Positions 10,904 through 20,758 of a DNA stretch of 32,000 nucleotides are shown one piece after another. The stretch is from positions 1,230,001-1,262,000 of the forward strand of contig NZ_AP024987.1 of the NCBI RefSeq assembly GCF_020885515.1, read 5' to 3'. The position numbers and the translations under genes were made by a program. The stretch's first letter is position 1; every line of letters begins with the position of its first letter. Under the pieces are notes generated by a model, which worked only from the letters and a program-made list of their open reading frames with translations, had not been told where the DNA came from and searched no databases. The DNA is from a cyanobacterium endosymbiont of Braarudosphaera bigelowii (GTDB lineage: Bacteria; Cyanobacteriota; Cyanobacteriia; Cyanobacteriales; Microcystaceae).

Positions 10904-12514
10904 ATGACCTTAAAAAAAGTAAAACCTAAAAAATTTGTTTTAACCACTCCTTTATATTACGCCAATGATTTACCACATGTTGGTAGTGCTTACACAACGA
11001 TGATAGCTGATGTTATTAGTCGTTATAAAAAACTTAAGGGTGAAGAAGTTCTTTTAATCACAGGAACTGATGAACATGGTCAAAAAATAGAAAGAAATGC
11101 TGAAGCAAATAACTTACCTGCACAAGAACATTGTGATCGCATCGTCAATAGTTTTAAACTCCTATGGGATAAGTTAGATATACAATATGATCGCTTTAGC
11201 CGGACAACAGATTACCAACATAAAAAGATTGTCTATGAATTTTTTCAACGTGTTTGGGACAATGATGATATTTATCTTTCTAGGCAACAAGGATGGTACT
11301 GTGTCGCTTGCGAAGAATTTAAGGAAGAAAGAGAATTACTAGAAGGTGGCTATTGCCCTGTGCATTTTAATAAAAAAGCAGAGTGGTATGATGAAGAAAA
11401 TTATTTCTTTAGATTGTCTAAATATCAATTACAACTAGAAGAGATATATAAAAATAATCCTGAATTTATTAAGCCGGTAAGTTGTCGTAATGAAATTCTA
11501 AAGTTTGTTGGTCAAGGACTTAGAGATTTTTCCATATCTAGGGTTAATGTAAAATGGGGCTTTACCGTTCCTAATAATCCAAAACACACTATTTATGTCT
11601 GGTTTGACGCTCTTCTAGGCTATATTACTGCTTTATTAGAACCAGAGTCAAAAGAAATAACACTCAATAGTGCTATTTCTCAAGGATGGCCTATTAACTT
11701 GCATTTGATTGGAAAAGATATTCTACGATTTCACGCAATTTATTGGCCAGCTATGCTTATGTCAGCAAAGCTACCTTTGCCTGAACATGTCTTTGGTCAT
11801 GGATTTTTGACAAAAGATGGCCAAAAAATGGGGAAGAGTTCAGGTAATACTTTAAATCCATTCGAATTAGTTGATAAATATGGTTCCGATCCAATACGCT
11901 ACTATTTTCTAAAAGAGATAGAATGTGGAAAAGATGGTGACTTTAATGAAACCCGCTTTATAAACACTGTTAATGCTGATCTTGCTGATGACTTAGGAAA
12001 CCTTCTAAATCGTACTTTAGGAATGGCTCAGAAATATTGCAAGGGATTACTACCTTCAATAACTGGGACAGATTTACCTCAAGAACATCCACTCAAAAAA
12101 ATAGGATTGGATCTAGGAGAAAATGTAATTAAAACTTACGATGACCTTAAATTTAATGAGGGATGCGAAGAAATTTTTACCTTAATTAGAGCAAGTAATA
12201 AATTTATTGACGAGCAAGCCCCTTGGACTTTGTTTAAGAAAGGAGAACATGAAGAAATGGAAAAGGTTTTATACGGAGTGTTAGAATCGGTGCGTCTTGC
12301 TGCTTATTTATTAGCTCCAATTATTCCGGGCCTTAGTAGCAAAATCTACAAACAACTTGGTTTTTCAGTTGATTTTAATCAAGTTGAGTATTTAAAGAAA
12401 ATTATTCCTTTTGAGAAACATAGCCAATGGGGAAAAATAGCTCACGACAAACTTTTATCTAAACCTCAACCTATTTTTGCTAAACTTGACGTCTCTTTAA
12501 ACAAAAACTTTTAG
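10904..12514 (+). CDS. metG: methionyl-tRNA synthetase
   Basis: This 536 aa ORF has a class I HIGH-type motif (LPHVGSAY) and KMSKS as KMGKS. A Cys-containing insertion is present (CVACEEF...CPVH). Confidence 0.95.
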   Translation: MTLKKVKPKKFVLTTPLYYANDLPHVGSAYTTMIADVISRYKKLKGEEVLLITGTDEHGQKIERNAEANNLPAQEHCDRIVNSFKLLWDKLDIQYDRFSRTTDYQHKKIVYEFFQRVWDNDDIYLSRQQGWYCVACEEFKEERELLEGGYCPVHFNKKAEWYDEENYFFRLSKYQLQLEEIYKNNPEFIKPVSCRNEILKFVGQGLRDFSISRVNVKWGFTVPNNPKHTIYVWFDALLGYITALLEPESKEITLNSAISQGWPINLHLIGKDILRFHAIYWPAMLMSAKLPLPEHVFGHGFLTKDGQKMGKSSGNTLNPFELVDKYGSDPIRYYFLKEIECGKDGDFNETRFINTVNADLADDLGNLLNRTLGMAQKYCKGLLPSITGTDLPQEHPLKKIGLDLGENVIKTYDDLKFNEGCEEIFTLIRASNKFIDEQAPWTLFKKGEHEEMEKVLYGVLESVRLAAYLLAPIIPGLSSKIYKQLGFSVDFNQVEYLKKIIPFEKHSQWGKIAHDKLLSKPQPIFAKLDVSLNKNF

Positions 12515-12567
12515 AAACTAAGAAAATCAAAATTTTTCTATTTTTTACTGAAAAAACCAACATAACG

Positions 12568-13248
12568 ATGAAATACAAAACTGAGCTTACAAACAACTTT
12601 CATAATTCAACCTTCTTTGATGATCAGAGAGGCATAACAACAATGTATGATGACTTTGAAGATGATTTGCTTTTTACTCCTGAACAGATGCTAGAAAATA
12701 GAGGAAGAGTCGCCATCTTTATTGATGGTTCTAACCTATTTTATGCGGCGTTGCAATTAGGTATTGAAATTGATTATACTAAGCTCCTTTATCGTTTAAC
12801 TGAAGGTTCGCGTCTTCTTAGAGCTTTTTTCTATACTGGTGTCGATAGAACTAACGAAAAACAGCAAGGTTTTTTATTATGGATGCGAAGAAATGGTTAC
12901 CGTGTTATTGCAAAAGATCTTGTTCAACTTCCAGATGGATCAAAGAAAGCAAATTTAGATGTAGAAATTGCCGTTGATCTTATGGCACTAGTCGGATCGT
13001 ACGATACAGCAATAATTGTAAGTGGAGATGGAGATTTGGCCTATGCTGCAAACTCTGTAAGTTATCGTGGAGCAAGAGTAGAAGTTGTTAGCTTACGATC
13101 TATGACTAGTGATAGCTTAATTAATGTTGCAGATCACTATATTGATCTTGATCAAATCAAAGAAGATATTCAGAAGACCCCTAGAACTAATCTAGCCTAT
13201 AATAGTTACTCTACTGTTGGAATACTTGAACAAAACAAACCACGCTAA
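12568..13248 (+). CDS. NYN/LabA-like (DUF88) PIN-like domain protein
   Basis: This 226 aa ORF has the core VAIFIDGSNLFY...ANLDVEIAVDLM...IIVSGDGDLAYA...GARVEVVS, typical of the NYN/LabA family conserved in cyanobacteria. I cannot assign it as LabA versus a LabA-like paralog from sequence alone. Confidence 0.75.
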   Translation: MKYKTELTNNFHNSTFFDDQRGITTMYDDFEDDLLFTPEQMLENRGRVAIFIDGSNLFYAALQLGIEIDYTKLLYRLTEGSRLLRAFFYTGVDRTNEKQQGFLLWMRRNGYRVIAKDLVQLPDGSKKANLDVEIAVDLMALVGSYDTAIIVSGDGDLAYAANSVSYRGARVEVVSLRSMTSDSLINVADHYIDLDQIKEDIQKTPRTNLAYNSYSTVGILEQNKPR

Positions 13249-13300
13249 TATTCACGTTAATATTAAAGTAGAAAAAATATTCGATTATCATTAAAGGGTA

Positions 13301-14476
13301 ATGGATCAAAAGTATAGAAATCGACAACAGCATTCTCTAAAGCTAAAATTAATTAGGAAGGGAATGCTGCTGCTATTATTAAGTCTACTTGCTTGTCAGG
13401 TAGAAGATAAAACTAACACAAATACAAAGACTTTAGAAAAAGTAAAAGAAGAAACTAATTTAAATCTTCAAAATGCTACTTTAGAACAGTCTGATGCTGA
13501 TGGTAAACTACTCTGGAAAATACAGGTAGATGAGGCTAAATATAGTCCAGATCGTGAAAAAGCAACTTTAACTGCTGTAAAAGGTAATATTTTTGAAAAT
13601 GGTACACTTGTTTTACAAATCAAAGCAGATTATGGAGAAATTCATGGTAATGGAACTAAGATTTTTTTAAGAAATAATGTTTTAGCAATTGATCCAAGAA
13701 ATCAAGCAGTTATTCGTAGTGAAGAAATAGAATGGCAGCCACGTGAATCACTTTTAACAATGCGTAAAAACCTACGAGGTTTTCATCCTCAGCTAGAAAT
13801 TTCTGCTAATGAGGGAAAATATTATACACACAAGCAAAAGTTAGAATTAAAAGGAAAAATTGAAGCCATATCAGAACATAAGAAAATAAAGATGAATACA
13901 GAACATTTGTTTTGGGAAATTGAAAAACAAATGGTAACCAGCAATAAGTTATCAAATATTGTTAGGTTCGAAGGTGATACTATAACTGCTAATCTAATAG
14001 CTCAAAAAATAGTTATACATTTAAACAAACATCATATCCTTGTTAGGGACAATATTGAATATAAATCTATTCAACCACCTCTTCAAGCATCAGCTAATGC
14101 AATTTTATGGAACTATCAAACTCGTCAAATATTTTCTGATCAACCAGTTCAATTAGTTCAATATGAAGAAAATATTACTCTTATTGGCAATAAAGCACAT
14201 GTTGATTTAAGCAATAATATTGCTTATCTTAAAGGCAAAGTTCAAGGAATAAATAACAATAATAAGAGTGTATTACAAGCTAATAATTTAACTTGGTATA
14301 TTATTGACCAAAATATTGAAGCTATAGGTAGTGTATTTTATCTTCAAGAAGAAAATCCTAAGTTTACTCTGGCTGGAGATAAAGCCGTTGGAAGTTTGAA
14401 AGAAAATACTATAGTTGTAACCAATAGTAATAGGGAAGAACGAGTCGTTACTGAGTTTTTTACAAATTCAAAGTAA
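13301..14476 (+). CDS. LptC/OstA-like periplasmic LPS-transport protein, possible lipoprotein
   Basis: This 391 aa ORF has an N-terminal hydrophobic segment ending LLAC, a lipobox-like sequence. Repeated beta-jellyroll-like LptC patterns follow (DADGKLLWKIQVDEAKY..., LELKGKIEA...). The family call comes from pattern memory. Confidence 0.55.
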   Translation: MDQKYRNRQQHSLKLKLIRKGMLLLLLSLLACQVEDKTNTNTKTLEKVKEETNLNLQNATLEQSDADGKLLWKIQVDEAKYSPDREKATLTAVKGNIFENGTLVLQIKADYGEIHGNGTKIFLRNNVLAIDPRNQAVIRSEEIEWQPRESLLTMRKNLRGFHPQLEISANEGKYYTHKQKLELKGKIEAISEHKKIKMNTEHLFWEIEKQMVTSNKLSNIVRFEGDTITANLIAQKIVIHLNKHHILVRDNIEYKSIQPPLQASANAILWNYQTRQIFSDQPVQLVQYEENITLIGNKAHVDLSNNIAYLKGKVQGINNNNKSVLQANNLTWYIIDQNIEAIGSVFYLQEENPKFTLAGDKAVGSLKENTIVVTNSNREERVVTEFFTNSK

Positions 14477-14996
14477 ACTAAATAATCAATATTATTTACT
14501 TGTCAAATATAATAATATCGTTTGTTAGTATGATGGACTTTTAATTAATCATTTACCGATATCAGAAAAAAACAAAATTATATATATTTAAATACAGTTT
14601 TAATTAAGAAAGGATTTTCTTTTATTTTAAAATATAAGATAAATAAACTATCAGTATTAATAATTTACAACACTTATGGCAAAAACAATTATATTAGAAC
14701 TACTAAAAGACTGGTAGTAAAAAAATGATAGGTTTCCTCCTACTTAAGTATAGTCACTATGTTTTTTGTTATCAAATAAAATTGCTTAAAAGTTAAATTT
14801 TTGAATATACTTTCTGAATATCGATAGTTTTATATGTATAGATAAAGTTAACATAATTAAAATTTTTAATATTAAGCTTTTAAAGTTAATTATTTTCTAT
14901 GTTAAGATGCATATTAAATAATGAGATCTCATATATTATTCTCGTTTATCTACAATATATCTCTATTTATGAAACGAATTGCTCTTATAGATAAAA

Positions 14997-16136
14997 ATGC
15001 AAGTAAATACTATTCCTCCCGTTGATTTAGTTCGTCAATACGAGTCTATTAATAAAGAAATCGATAATGCGATCCTTAAGGTGGTACGCTCCGGCCACTA
15101 TATTGGTGGTTCTGTTGTAAAAGATTTTGAACAGCAGTTATCTCAATATATAGGTACCTCCCAATGTTTAACCTGCAACTCAGGTACTGACGCCCTCTAT
15201 TTAGCCTTAAAAGCACTAAATATTGGTTTTGATGACGAAGTAATCACTACTCCTTTCAGCTTTATAGCTACTGCAGAAACGATTAGCTTAGTAGGAGCAA
15301 AACCAGTCTTTGCTGATATTGAGCGTGATACTTTTAATTTGGATTTGGAAAATATAGAGAAAACAATTAGTCCTAGAACTAAAGCAATTATCGTAGTTCA
15401 TCTTTTTGGACAACCTGTCAATATGACTCGCTTAATGGAAATTGCTAATAAACATAACTTATATGTTATCGAAGATTGTGCCCAAGCTACTGGGGCTAAA
15501 TGGGAAAAGAAAGTTGTTGGTAGTATTGGACATGTAGGCTGTTTTAGCTTTTTTCCCACAAAAAATTTAGGAGCGTGCGGAGATGGTGGAGCGATCACAA
15601 CTAATGATTCTAGAGTTGCTCAGACTATTAGAATCATTAAGGAGCACGGCTCTATGCAACGCTATCATCATGATGTAGTTGGTATTAATAGTCGTTTAGA
15701 CACTATACAGGCTGGCATTTTACAAGTAAAGCTATCTTATCTAGATACATGGAATGAACAAAGACGTAAAATAGCTGATTATTATGACAAGTTATTAAAT
15801 TCAGTTTCAATGATAAAACTTCCTAAGGAAATTATGGGAGGATATCATGTTTGGAATCAATATACAGTTTTAGTAGAAAACAAAATAAACAACAAAAAAT
15901 ATAATAGAGATATTTTAAAAAAAGGTTTAGAAGATCAAGGAATTATTTCTATGGTCTATTATCCTATTCCTATTCATTTGCAAAAGGTTTACGTAAATTT
16001 AGGGTATAAAGAAATGTCATTTCCAATTACTGAAAAGGTATCCCACGAAGTGCTTTCATTACCCATATTTCCTGGCATGTTACCACAGGAACAAGAACAA
16101 GTTGCTAATGCAATAAAAGCTAGTTTTAATACATAG
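14997..16136 (+). CDS. DegT/DnrJ/EryC1/StrS-family PLP-dependent sugar aminotransferase
   Basis: This 379 aa ORF has the family patterns CNSGTDALYLAL, ITTPFSFIAT and FSFFPTKNLGACGDGGAI, with the Lys in PTKNLG. Confidence 0.85.
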   Translation: MQVNTIPPVDLVRQYESINKEIDNAILKVVRSGHYIGGSVVKDFEQQLSQYIGTSQCLTCNSGTDALYLALKALNIGFDDEVITTPFSFIATAETISLVGAKPVFADIERDTFNLDLENIEKTISPRTKAIIVVHLFGQPVNMTRLMEIANKHNLYVIEDCAQATGAKWEKKVVGSIGHVGCFSFFPTKNLGACGDGGAITTNDSRVAQTIRIIKEHGSMQRYHHDVVGINSRLDTIQAGILQVKLSYLDTWNEQRRKIADYYDKLLNSVSMIKLPKEIMGGYHVWNQYTVLVENKINNKKYNRDILKKGLEDQGIISMVYYPIPIHLQKVYVNLGYKEMSFPITEKVSHEVLSLPIFPGMLPQEQEQVANAIKASFNT

Positions 16137-16312
16137 CTAATCATTCTGGTTTAACTTTAATTTTTATTCTAATATTATTTATTTAATTTTTATTACATAT
16201 TTTTAATATATGGTTTATTTTTACTAAATATTGAAGATAATTAAATTTGACTATAAATCAAAGTTATATAATTAACTTGAAAATATAATTTTTACAACTA
16301 TGATCATATGCC

Positions 16313-18322
16313 ATGTTAAATCACCACAAAGAAGATACTATAGAATCTATTCTTCAAGAAGAAAGAGTTGTTTCTCCTTCATCCAATTTTAGCATTAATG
16401 CACATATCAAAAGCTTTCAAGATTATGAGAAACTTTATAAGAAATCTATATTAGAGCCAGAAAGTTTTTGGGAAAACCTTGCAGCAAAAGAGTTGCACTG
16501 GTTTCATAAATGGGATAATGTTTTAGAGTGGAATCCACCTAATTCTAAGTGGTTTGTTAATGGAAAATTAAATATTACTTATAATTGTATTGATCGTCAC
16601 CTTACTCCCTCAAGACGAAACAAACCAGCTATTATATGGGAAGGAGAACCTGGCGATTCTCGAATTTTAACATATGAAAATCTATATGTGGAAGTTTGTA
16701 AATTTGCTAATATTCTGAAGCAATTAAAAGTAACCAAGGGTGATTGTGTAGCGATATATATGCCAATGATACCTGAGGCTATCATTGCTATGCTTGCTTG
16801 TGCTCGAATAGGTGCAGTTCATGCAGTTGTCTTTGGAGGTTTTAGTGCTGAATCTTTAAAAGGACGCTTAAAAGATTCACAAGCAAAAATTTTGGTTACT
16901 GCAGATGGTGGTTTTCGTAAAGATAAAATTGTTCCTCTTAAATCTCAAGTTGACATAGCTCTGGAAAATAATTCTTCAAGCATTGAGAAAGTAATAGTAG
17001 TTAGACGCACAGAAGAAAATATTACGATGAGAAATGGACGTGATTTTTGGCTGCATAATTTGCAGCAAAATATCTCTACTGATTGTCCTCCAGAAATTAT
17101 GGATAGTGAAGATACTTTGTTTATTCTTTACACCAGTGGAAGTACTGGAAAACCTAAAGGAGTAGTACATACTATTGGTGGATATAGTCTATATACTCAT
17201 ATAACAACTAAATGGGTCTTTGATCTAAAAGATACAGATATTTATTGGTGCACAGCTGATATAGGCTGGATTACAGGACATAGCTATAGCGTTTATGGCC
17301 CATTGTCAAACGGAGCCACCTCTTTAATTTATGAAGGTGTTCCTCGACCATCAAATCTTGGCTGTTTTTGGAATATTATTGAAAAATATGGTGTTAATAT
17401 TTTTTACACTGCACCAACTGCCATCCGTTCTTTTATGAAAATGGGGGAAGATATACCTCAAAAGTTTGATTTATCCTCTTTGCGACTTTTAGGAACTGTA
17501 GGAGAACCTATAAACCCTGAAGTTTGGATGTGGTATTACCGGATAATAGGTAATGAGAAATGTCCTATTGTAGATACTTGGTGGCAAACAGAAACAGGTG
17601 GAATCATCATAACGTCTTTACCTGGAGCAATATCTAGTAAACCAGGTTCGGCTTCTCTTCCTTTTCCTGGCATTATTGCGGATGTAGTAGATAAATGTGG
17701 CAACAGTGTGTCTAGAAATACTGGTGGATTGTTAGTAATTAAGAATCCATGGCCAAGTATGTTAAGAACCATTTATGGTGATCACCAACGTTTTGAAAAA
17801 AGTTATTGGAAATTTTTATCCGATAAATCGGATAAATGTATGTATTCTTCAGGAGATAGTGCACGTAGGGATACCGATGGCTATTTCTGGATTTTAGGGC
17901 GTACTGATGATGTTATGAATATTTCAGGTCATCGCCTAGGTTCTATGGAGTTAGAATCAGCATTAGTCTCACATCACACAGTCAATGAAGCAAGTGTAGT
18001 TAGCGTACCACACCAAATTAAAGGAGAGGATATTTATGCTTTTGTAACACTTAATAATAGTTTCAAGGCGAGCGATCAGCTATCTAATGAGCTAAAACAA
18101 CATGTTACTAGAGAAATCGGAGCCATTGCTCGTCCTGCAACTATTCAGTTTACACAAGAATTGCCTAAAACACGTTCTGGAAAAATTGTTAGGAGATTTT
18201 TAAGACAAATTGCAGCAGGACAAAGTATTGAAGGAGATAAATCTACGATAGTTAACCCTAATGTTTTGAATGAACTAGAAGAACAAGCTAAATGGCTACG
18301 TAATAATAATTTGTATTACTAG
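16313..18322 (+). CDS. acs: acetyl-CoA synthetase (AMP-forming)
   Basis: This 669 aa ORF has the AMP-binding motif [11 protein letters not shown], plus WWQTETGG and the C-terminal [12 protein letters not shown]. Confidence 0.95.
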   Translation: MLNHHKEDTIESILQEERVVSPSSNFSINAHIKSFQDYEKLYKKSILEPESFWENLAAKELHWFHKWDNVLEWNPPNSKWFVNGKLNITYNCIDRHLTPSRRNKPAIIWEGEPGDSRILTYENLYVEVCKFANILKQLKVTKGDCVAIYMPMIPEAIIAMLACARIGAVHAVVFGGFSAESLKGRLKDSQAKILVTADGGFRKDKIVPLKSQVDIALENNSSSIEKVIVVRRTEENITMRNGRDFWLHNLQQNISTDCPPEIMDSEDTLFILYTSGSTGKPKGVVHTIGGYSLYTHITTKWVFDLKDTDIYWCTADIGWITGHSYSVYGPLSNGATSLIYEGVPRPSNLGCFWNIIEKYGVNIFYTAPTAIRSFMKMGEDIPQKFDLSSLRLLGTVGEPINPEVWMWYYRIIGNEKCPIVDTWWQTETGGIIITSLPGAISSKPGSASLPFPGIIADVVDKCGNSVSRNTGGLLVIKNPWPSMLRTIYGDHQRFEKSYWKFLSDKSDKCMYSSGDSARRDTDGYFWILGRTDDVMNISGHRLGSMELESALVSHHTVNEASVVSVPHQIKGEDIYAFVTLNNSFKASDQLSNELKQHVTREIGAIARPATIQFTQELPKTRSGKIVRRFLRQIAAGQSIEGDKSTIVNPNVLNELEEQAKWLRNNNLYY

Positions 18323-18550
18323 TTACGATAGCTGAAAAACACACGTAAGAATTGATTTGGAGATTTATCAGTTATGTACAAATATTATTTATGTTATTAA
18401 TATATATGTAGCAATATTAGGACAAATTACTTAACAAAAAAAACATACATATCCATTTTGGATCTTAAAAGTTGAATAGAAAAGTTTAATTATAGATATT
18501 AGCCATAGCCTAAATACCTATTGTGCATTAAGAGAACTATTCTTAGTATA

Positions 18551-19315
18551 TTATTTACCACTTAATTTAACGATAAAAATACCACCAAAATATAATACTA
18601 GGACTGCTCCAGCTAATAAAGATTGAGTTAAAGGATCTGTAGATGGTGTTAAAATAGCTCCTAAAATGACTGCGCCTACTACCACTATACGCCACTCTCT
18701 CAACATTTTATGGGATGATATGATACCCAAGTAACCCAACATTAACTGAATTATAGGAATTTGGAATGCAATACCAGTACTAAACATTAATAGTAAAATA
18801 AATTCAAAATAACGATCAATTGACCAAGCTTGTTCAACTACATTAGAGCCGTAAGTTATAAAAAAGTTTAATGCAGCAGGTATTAAAATCCAATAGGAAA
18901 ATCCTATCCCTGCGAAAAAGAGAACACTAGAGATAAGAATAGTGGGACCTAATAGACGACGTTCCCTACGAGTTAATCCAGGTAAAATAAATCTTAAAAT
19001 TTGGTAAATGATAAAAGGGCTCGTAATCAGTAAACCACTATAACCAGCAACTTTTATAGAAACAAAAAAGAATTCTCCAGGTGCTAGTTGTAAAAGTTTT
19101 ACTCCTTGTGCAGGAACCTCCAACCATCTTACGAGGGGTTTTACTACTACAAAACATAAGATTATATTCAAACATACTGCTGCTAAAGCATAAAGAATAC
19201 GTGTTCTTAACTCTTCAATATGATCTAGTAATGGCATTTCTGCTTCATCTGGTATCTCATTGAGATATTCCTCTTTTCCCAGTTGATCACAAGTTTCACT
19301 TAAGGGTTGCTTCAT
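18551..19315 (-). CDS. tatC: twin-arginine translocase subunit TatC
   Basis: This 254 aa multi-pass membrane protein has [14 protein letters not shown] at the N-terminus and PGLTRRERR, as in the TatC family. Confidence 0.93.
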   Translation of the reverse strand: MKQPLSETCDQLGKEEYLNEIPDEAEMPLLDHIEELRTRILYALAAVCLNIILCFVVVKPLVRWLEVPAQGVKLLQLAPGEFFFVSIKVAGYSGLLITSPFIIYQILRFILPGLTRRERRLLGPTILISSVLFFAGIGFSYWILIPAALNFFITYGSNVVEQAWSIDRYFEFILLLMFSTGIAFQIPIIQLMLGYLGIISSHKMLREWRIVVVGAVILGAILTPSTDPLTQSLLAGAVLVLYFGGIFIVKLSGK

Positions 19316-19585
19316 AAGATATAAAATACAGTTTTTTGTTTTTTAATTGTATAAAGTAAAGTTTAATATCTAGTATAATTTTTTATTTTATTGCTCAAGA
19401 TTCATAATTGATTTTACTATGTCTAGTATTCACAAGAAATAATAATGAATAATAAGTCTTTCTAAAGTCATAACAATATAATTTTACCTTCTAAAAAAGT
19501 ACTAATAGAATATGAAAATTAAGAATTTATTAGTTATTTGCAAAAACGATGCTTTGAGCAATTTATAATGACTTAATTAATTTTT

Positions 19586-19933
19586 TTAATTATCGTTTCT
19601 ATCTGGTAGGTAGATAATTCTTCTACGTTCAGGTTCTGTAAAATGACTCTGCTTATACATAACTCGATAAGTCATATTAGGAGAAAAACTATCTCCAAAT
19701 TCTCTTGCTAATTTGGAAACCCGTTGTCTAGTCTCTTGAAGTTCAGCTTGTAATTCTCTAAGATTAGTTTGTTGTAATTTTAAATAATTAACCGATCTAA
19801 TAATACTTAAAATTGCAATAGTTGATAGTAGCCCATTCATTATTAATTTAGTAACAACTTCTATAATCATCCACTTATATTCAAAATGATAGCTATTAGT
19901 ATCTTTTTTTTGATGAATATGTTTTCTAGACAT
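19586..19933 (-). CDS. hypothetical small membrane protein (one TM segment followed by a coiled-coil-like stretch)
   Basis: This 115 aa ORF has the hydrophobic segment LIMNGLLSTIAILSIIRSV followed by LKLQQTNLRELQAELQETRQRVSKL. I recognise no family. The topology is reminiscent of FtsB/DivIC-type proteins, but that is only an analogy. Confidence 0.5.
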   Translation of the reverse strand: MSRKHIHQKKDTNSYHFEYKWMIIEVVTKLIMNGLLSTIAILSIIRSVNYLKLQQTNLRELQAELQETRQRVSKLAREFGDSFSPNMTYRVMYKQSHFTEPERRRIIYLPDRNDN

Positions 19934-19966
19934 TAAATAATAAGTAAAGTTACATTAAATACTTAT

Positions 19967-19998
19967 GAAGTTCTCTAGCATCACTGCTAGAGAACTTC
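19967..19998 (-). terminator. perfect 14-bp hairpin downstream of psaM
   Basis: The hairpin is GAAGTTCTCTAGCA-tcac-TGCTAGAGAACTTC, about 35 nt after the psaM stop. No clear U-tract follows on the minus strand, so it could be a terminator or an RNA-stability hairpin. Confidence 0.5.
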
Positions 19999-20032
19999 AC
20001 AATATACCTGCTAGTCTTAGCAGACATATAAA

Positions 20033-20125
20033 TTATTTATAAAGTTCCGTAGATAAACGAAACGCTAGAATACCAGGAACTAAAGCAACAGCTAAGGCAA
20101 TGAAAATTTGTGCATTAGATAACAT
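20033..20125 (-). CDS. psaM: photosystem I reaction centre subunit XII (PsaM), 30 aa
   Basis: It is below the ORF-track size cutoff. My translation is MLSNAQIFIALAVALVPGILAFRLSTELYK*. It matches the PsaM pattern, including the C-terminal FRLSTELYK. GGGAG lies about 10 nt upstream of the ATG. Confidence 0.85.
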   Translation of the reverse strand: MLSNAQIFIALAVALVPGILAFRLSTELYK

Positions 20126-20338
20126 AAGCTATAAACTCCCTAAAGCTAATAAATATAATCACTTCTCTACTTTGCTTTATGATAAGATTTTATGAAATAT
20201 ATTGTTACAAAGATTTAACTTTACTATTTATCCTTTAAAAAAACTAAATTATGTTTTTCTCTGATTAATATTACGGTTTTCAACTTCTAGTTACTTAAAT
20301 TATAATATAGCAAAATAATAAATGAGAGAAGAGGTAAC

Positions 20339-20695
20339 ATGATAAGTTTACTAATTGTTTGGATCACTACATCAGCAAGTTTGTTACTTGTTAGTAAACT
20401 ACCTATTGGTGTTGATATAGATAGTTTCACTAAAGCTCTAAAAGCTTCCATTATTTTTGGAATTCTTAATACTTTACTTAAACCAATTTTGGTTTTTTTA
20501 ACAATCCCTTTAACTATAGTAACACTTGGACTATCTCTGCTAATTATAAATGCTATGATTTTCGGTATCACCTCTATATTTGTTGAAGGTTTTCGTTTAC
20601 GCTATGGTTTATGGAGTGCTGTTTTAGGTTCAGTTTTTCTAAGCCTTACTAACAATACTGTCTTGAAGATACTTACAGTTACAGGGTGGAACTGA
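20339..20695 (+). CDS. DUF360 / YvlD-like four-TM membrane protein (Pfam 'phage holin 4' superfamily)
   Basis: This 118 aa ORF has the patterns SFTKALKASIIFGILNTLLKPILVFLTIPLTIVTLGL and INAMIF, which align by eye with B. subtilis YvlD-type proteins. GAGAAGAGG lies upstream of the ATG. The overlapping minus-strand ORF 20287..20571 is taken as spurious. Confidence 0.75.
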   Translation: MISLLIVWITTSASLLLVSKLPIGVDIDSFTKALKASIIFGILNTLLKPILVFLTIPLTIVTLGLSLLIINAMIFGITSIFVEGFRLRYGLWSAVLGSVFLSLTNNTVLKILTVTGWN

Positions 20696-20758
20696 AAACC
20701 TTAACGTTAGCATAATTGGATATTCTAATTACTCTTGTTTTATTTGTGATTTATTGAA

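Noticed and set aside
12568-13248. The NYN/PIN-like nuclease as a toxin or defence-system component
   Set aside because: There is no adjacent antitoxin-sized ORF or partner genes. The sequence pattern is the conserved cyanobacterial LabA/DUF88 housekeeping family, and its neighbours are metG and an LptC-like gene.
15398-17772. Small minus-strand ORFs inside the DegT-family gene and acs (15398..15598, 16597..16785, 16976..17170, 17536..17772)
   Set aside because: Each lies wholly inside a well-supported plus-strand gene and encodes an unrecognisable peptide.
19081-19263. A 60-aa plus-strand ORF inside tatC
   Set aside because: It overlaps the conserved tatC frame on the opposite strand and is a chance ORF.
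20287-20571. A 94-aa minus-strand ORF overlapping the DUF360 gene
   Set aside because: The plus-strand frame has a clear YvlD/DUF360 family pattern and an RBS. The minus-strand product has neither.
20339-20695. The 'phage holin 4' family gene as evidence of a prophage or lysis cassette
   Set aside because: There is no endolysin, spanin, terminase, capsid or integrase gene nearby. DUF360/YvlD proteins are widespread chromosomal membrane proteins, and the flanking genes are psaM and a TolC-like gene.
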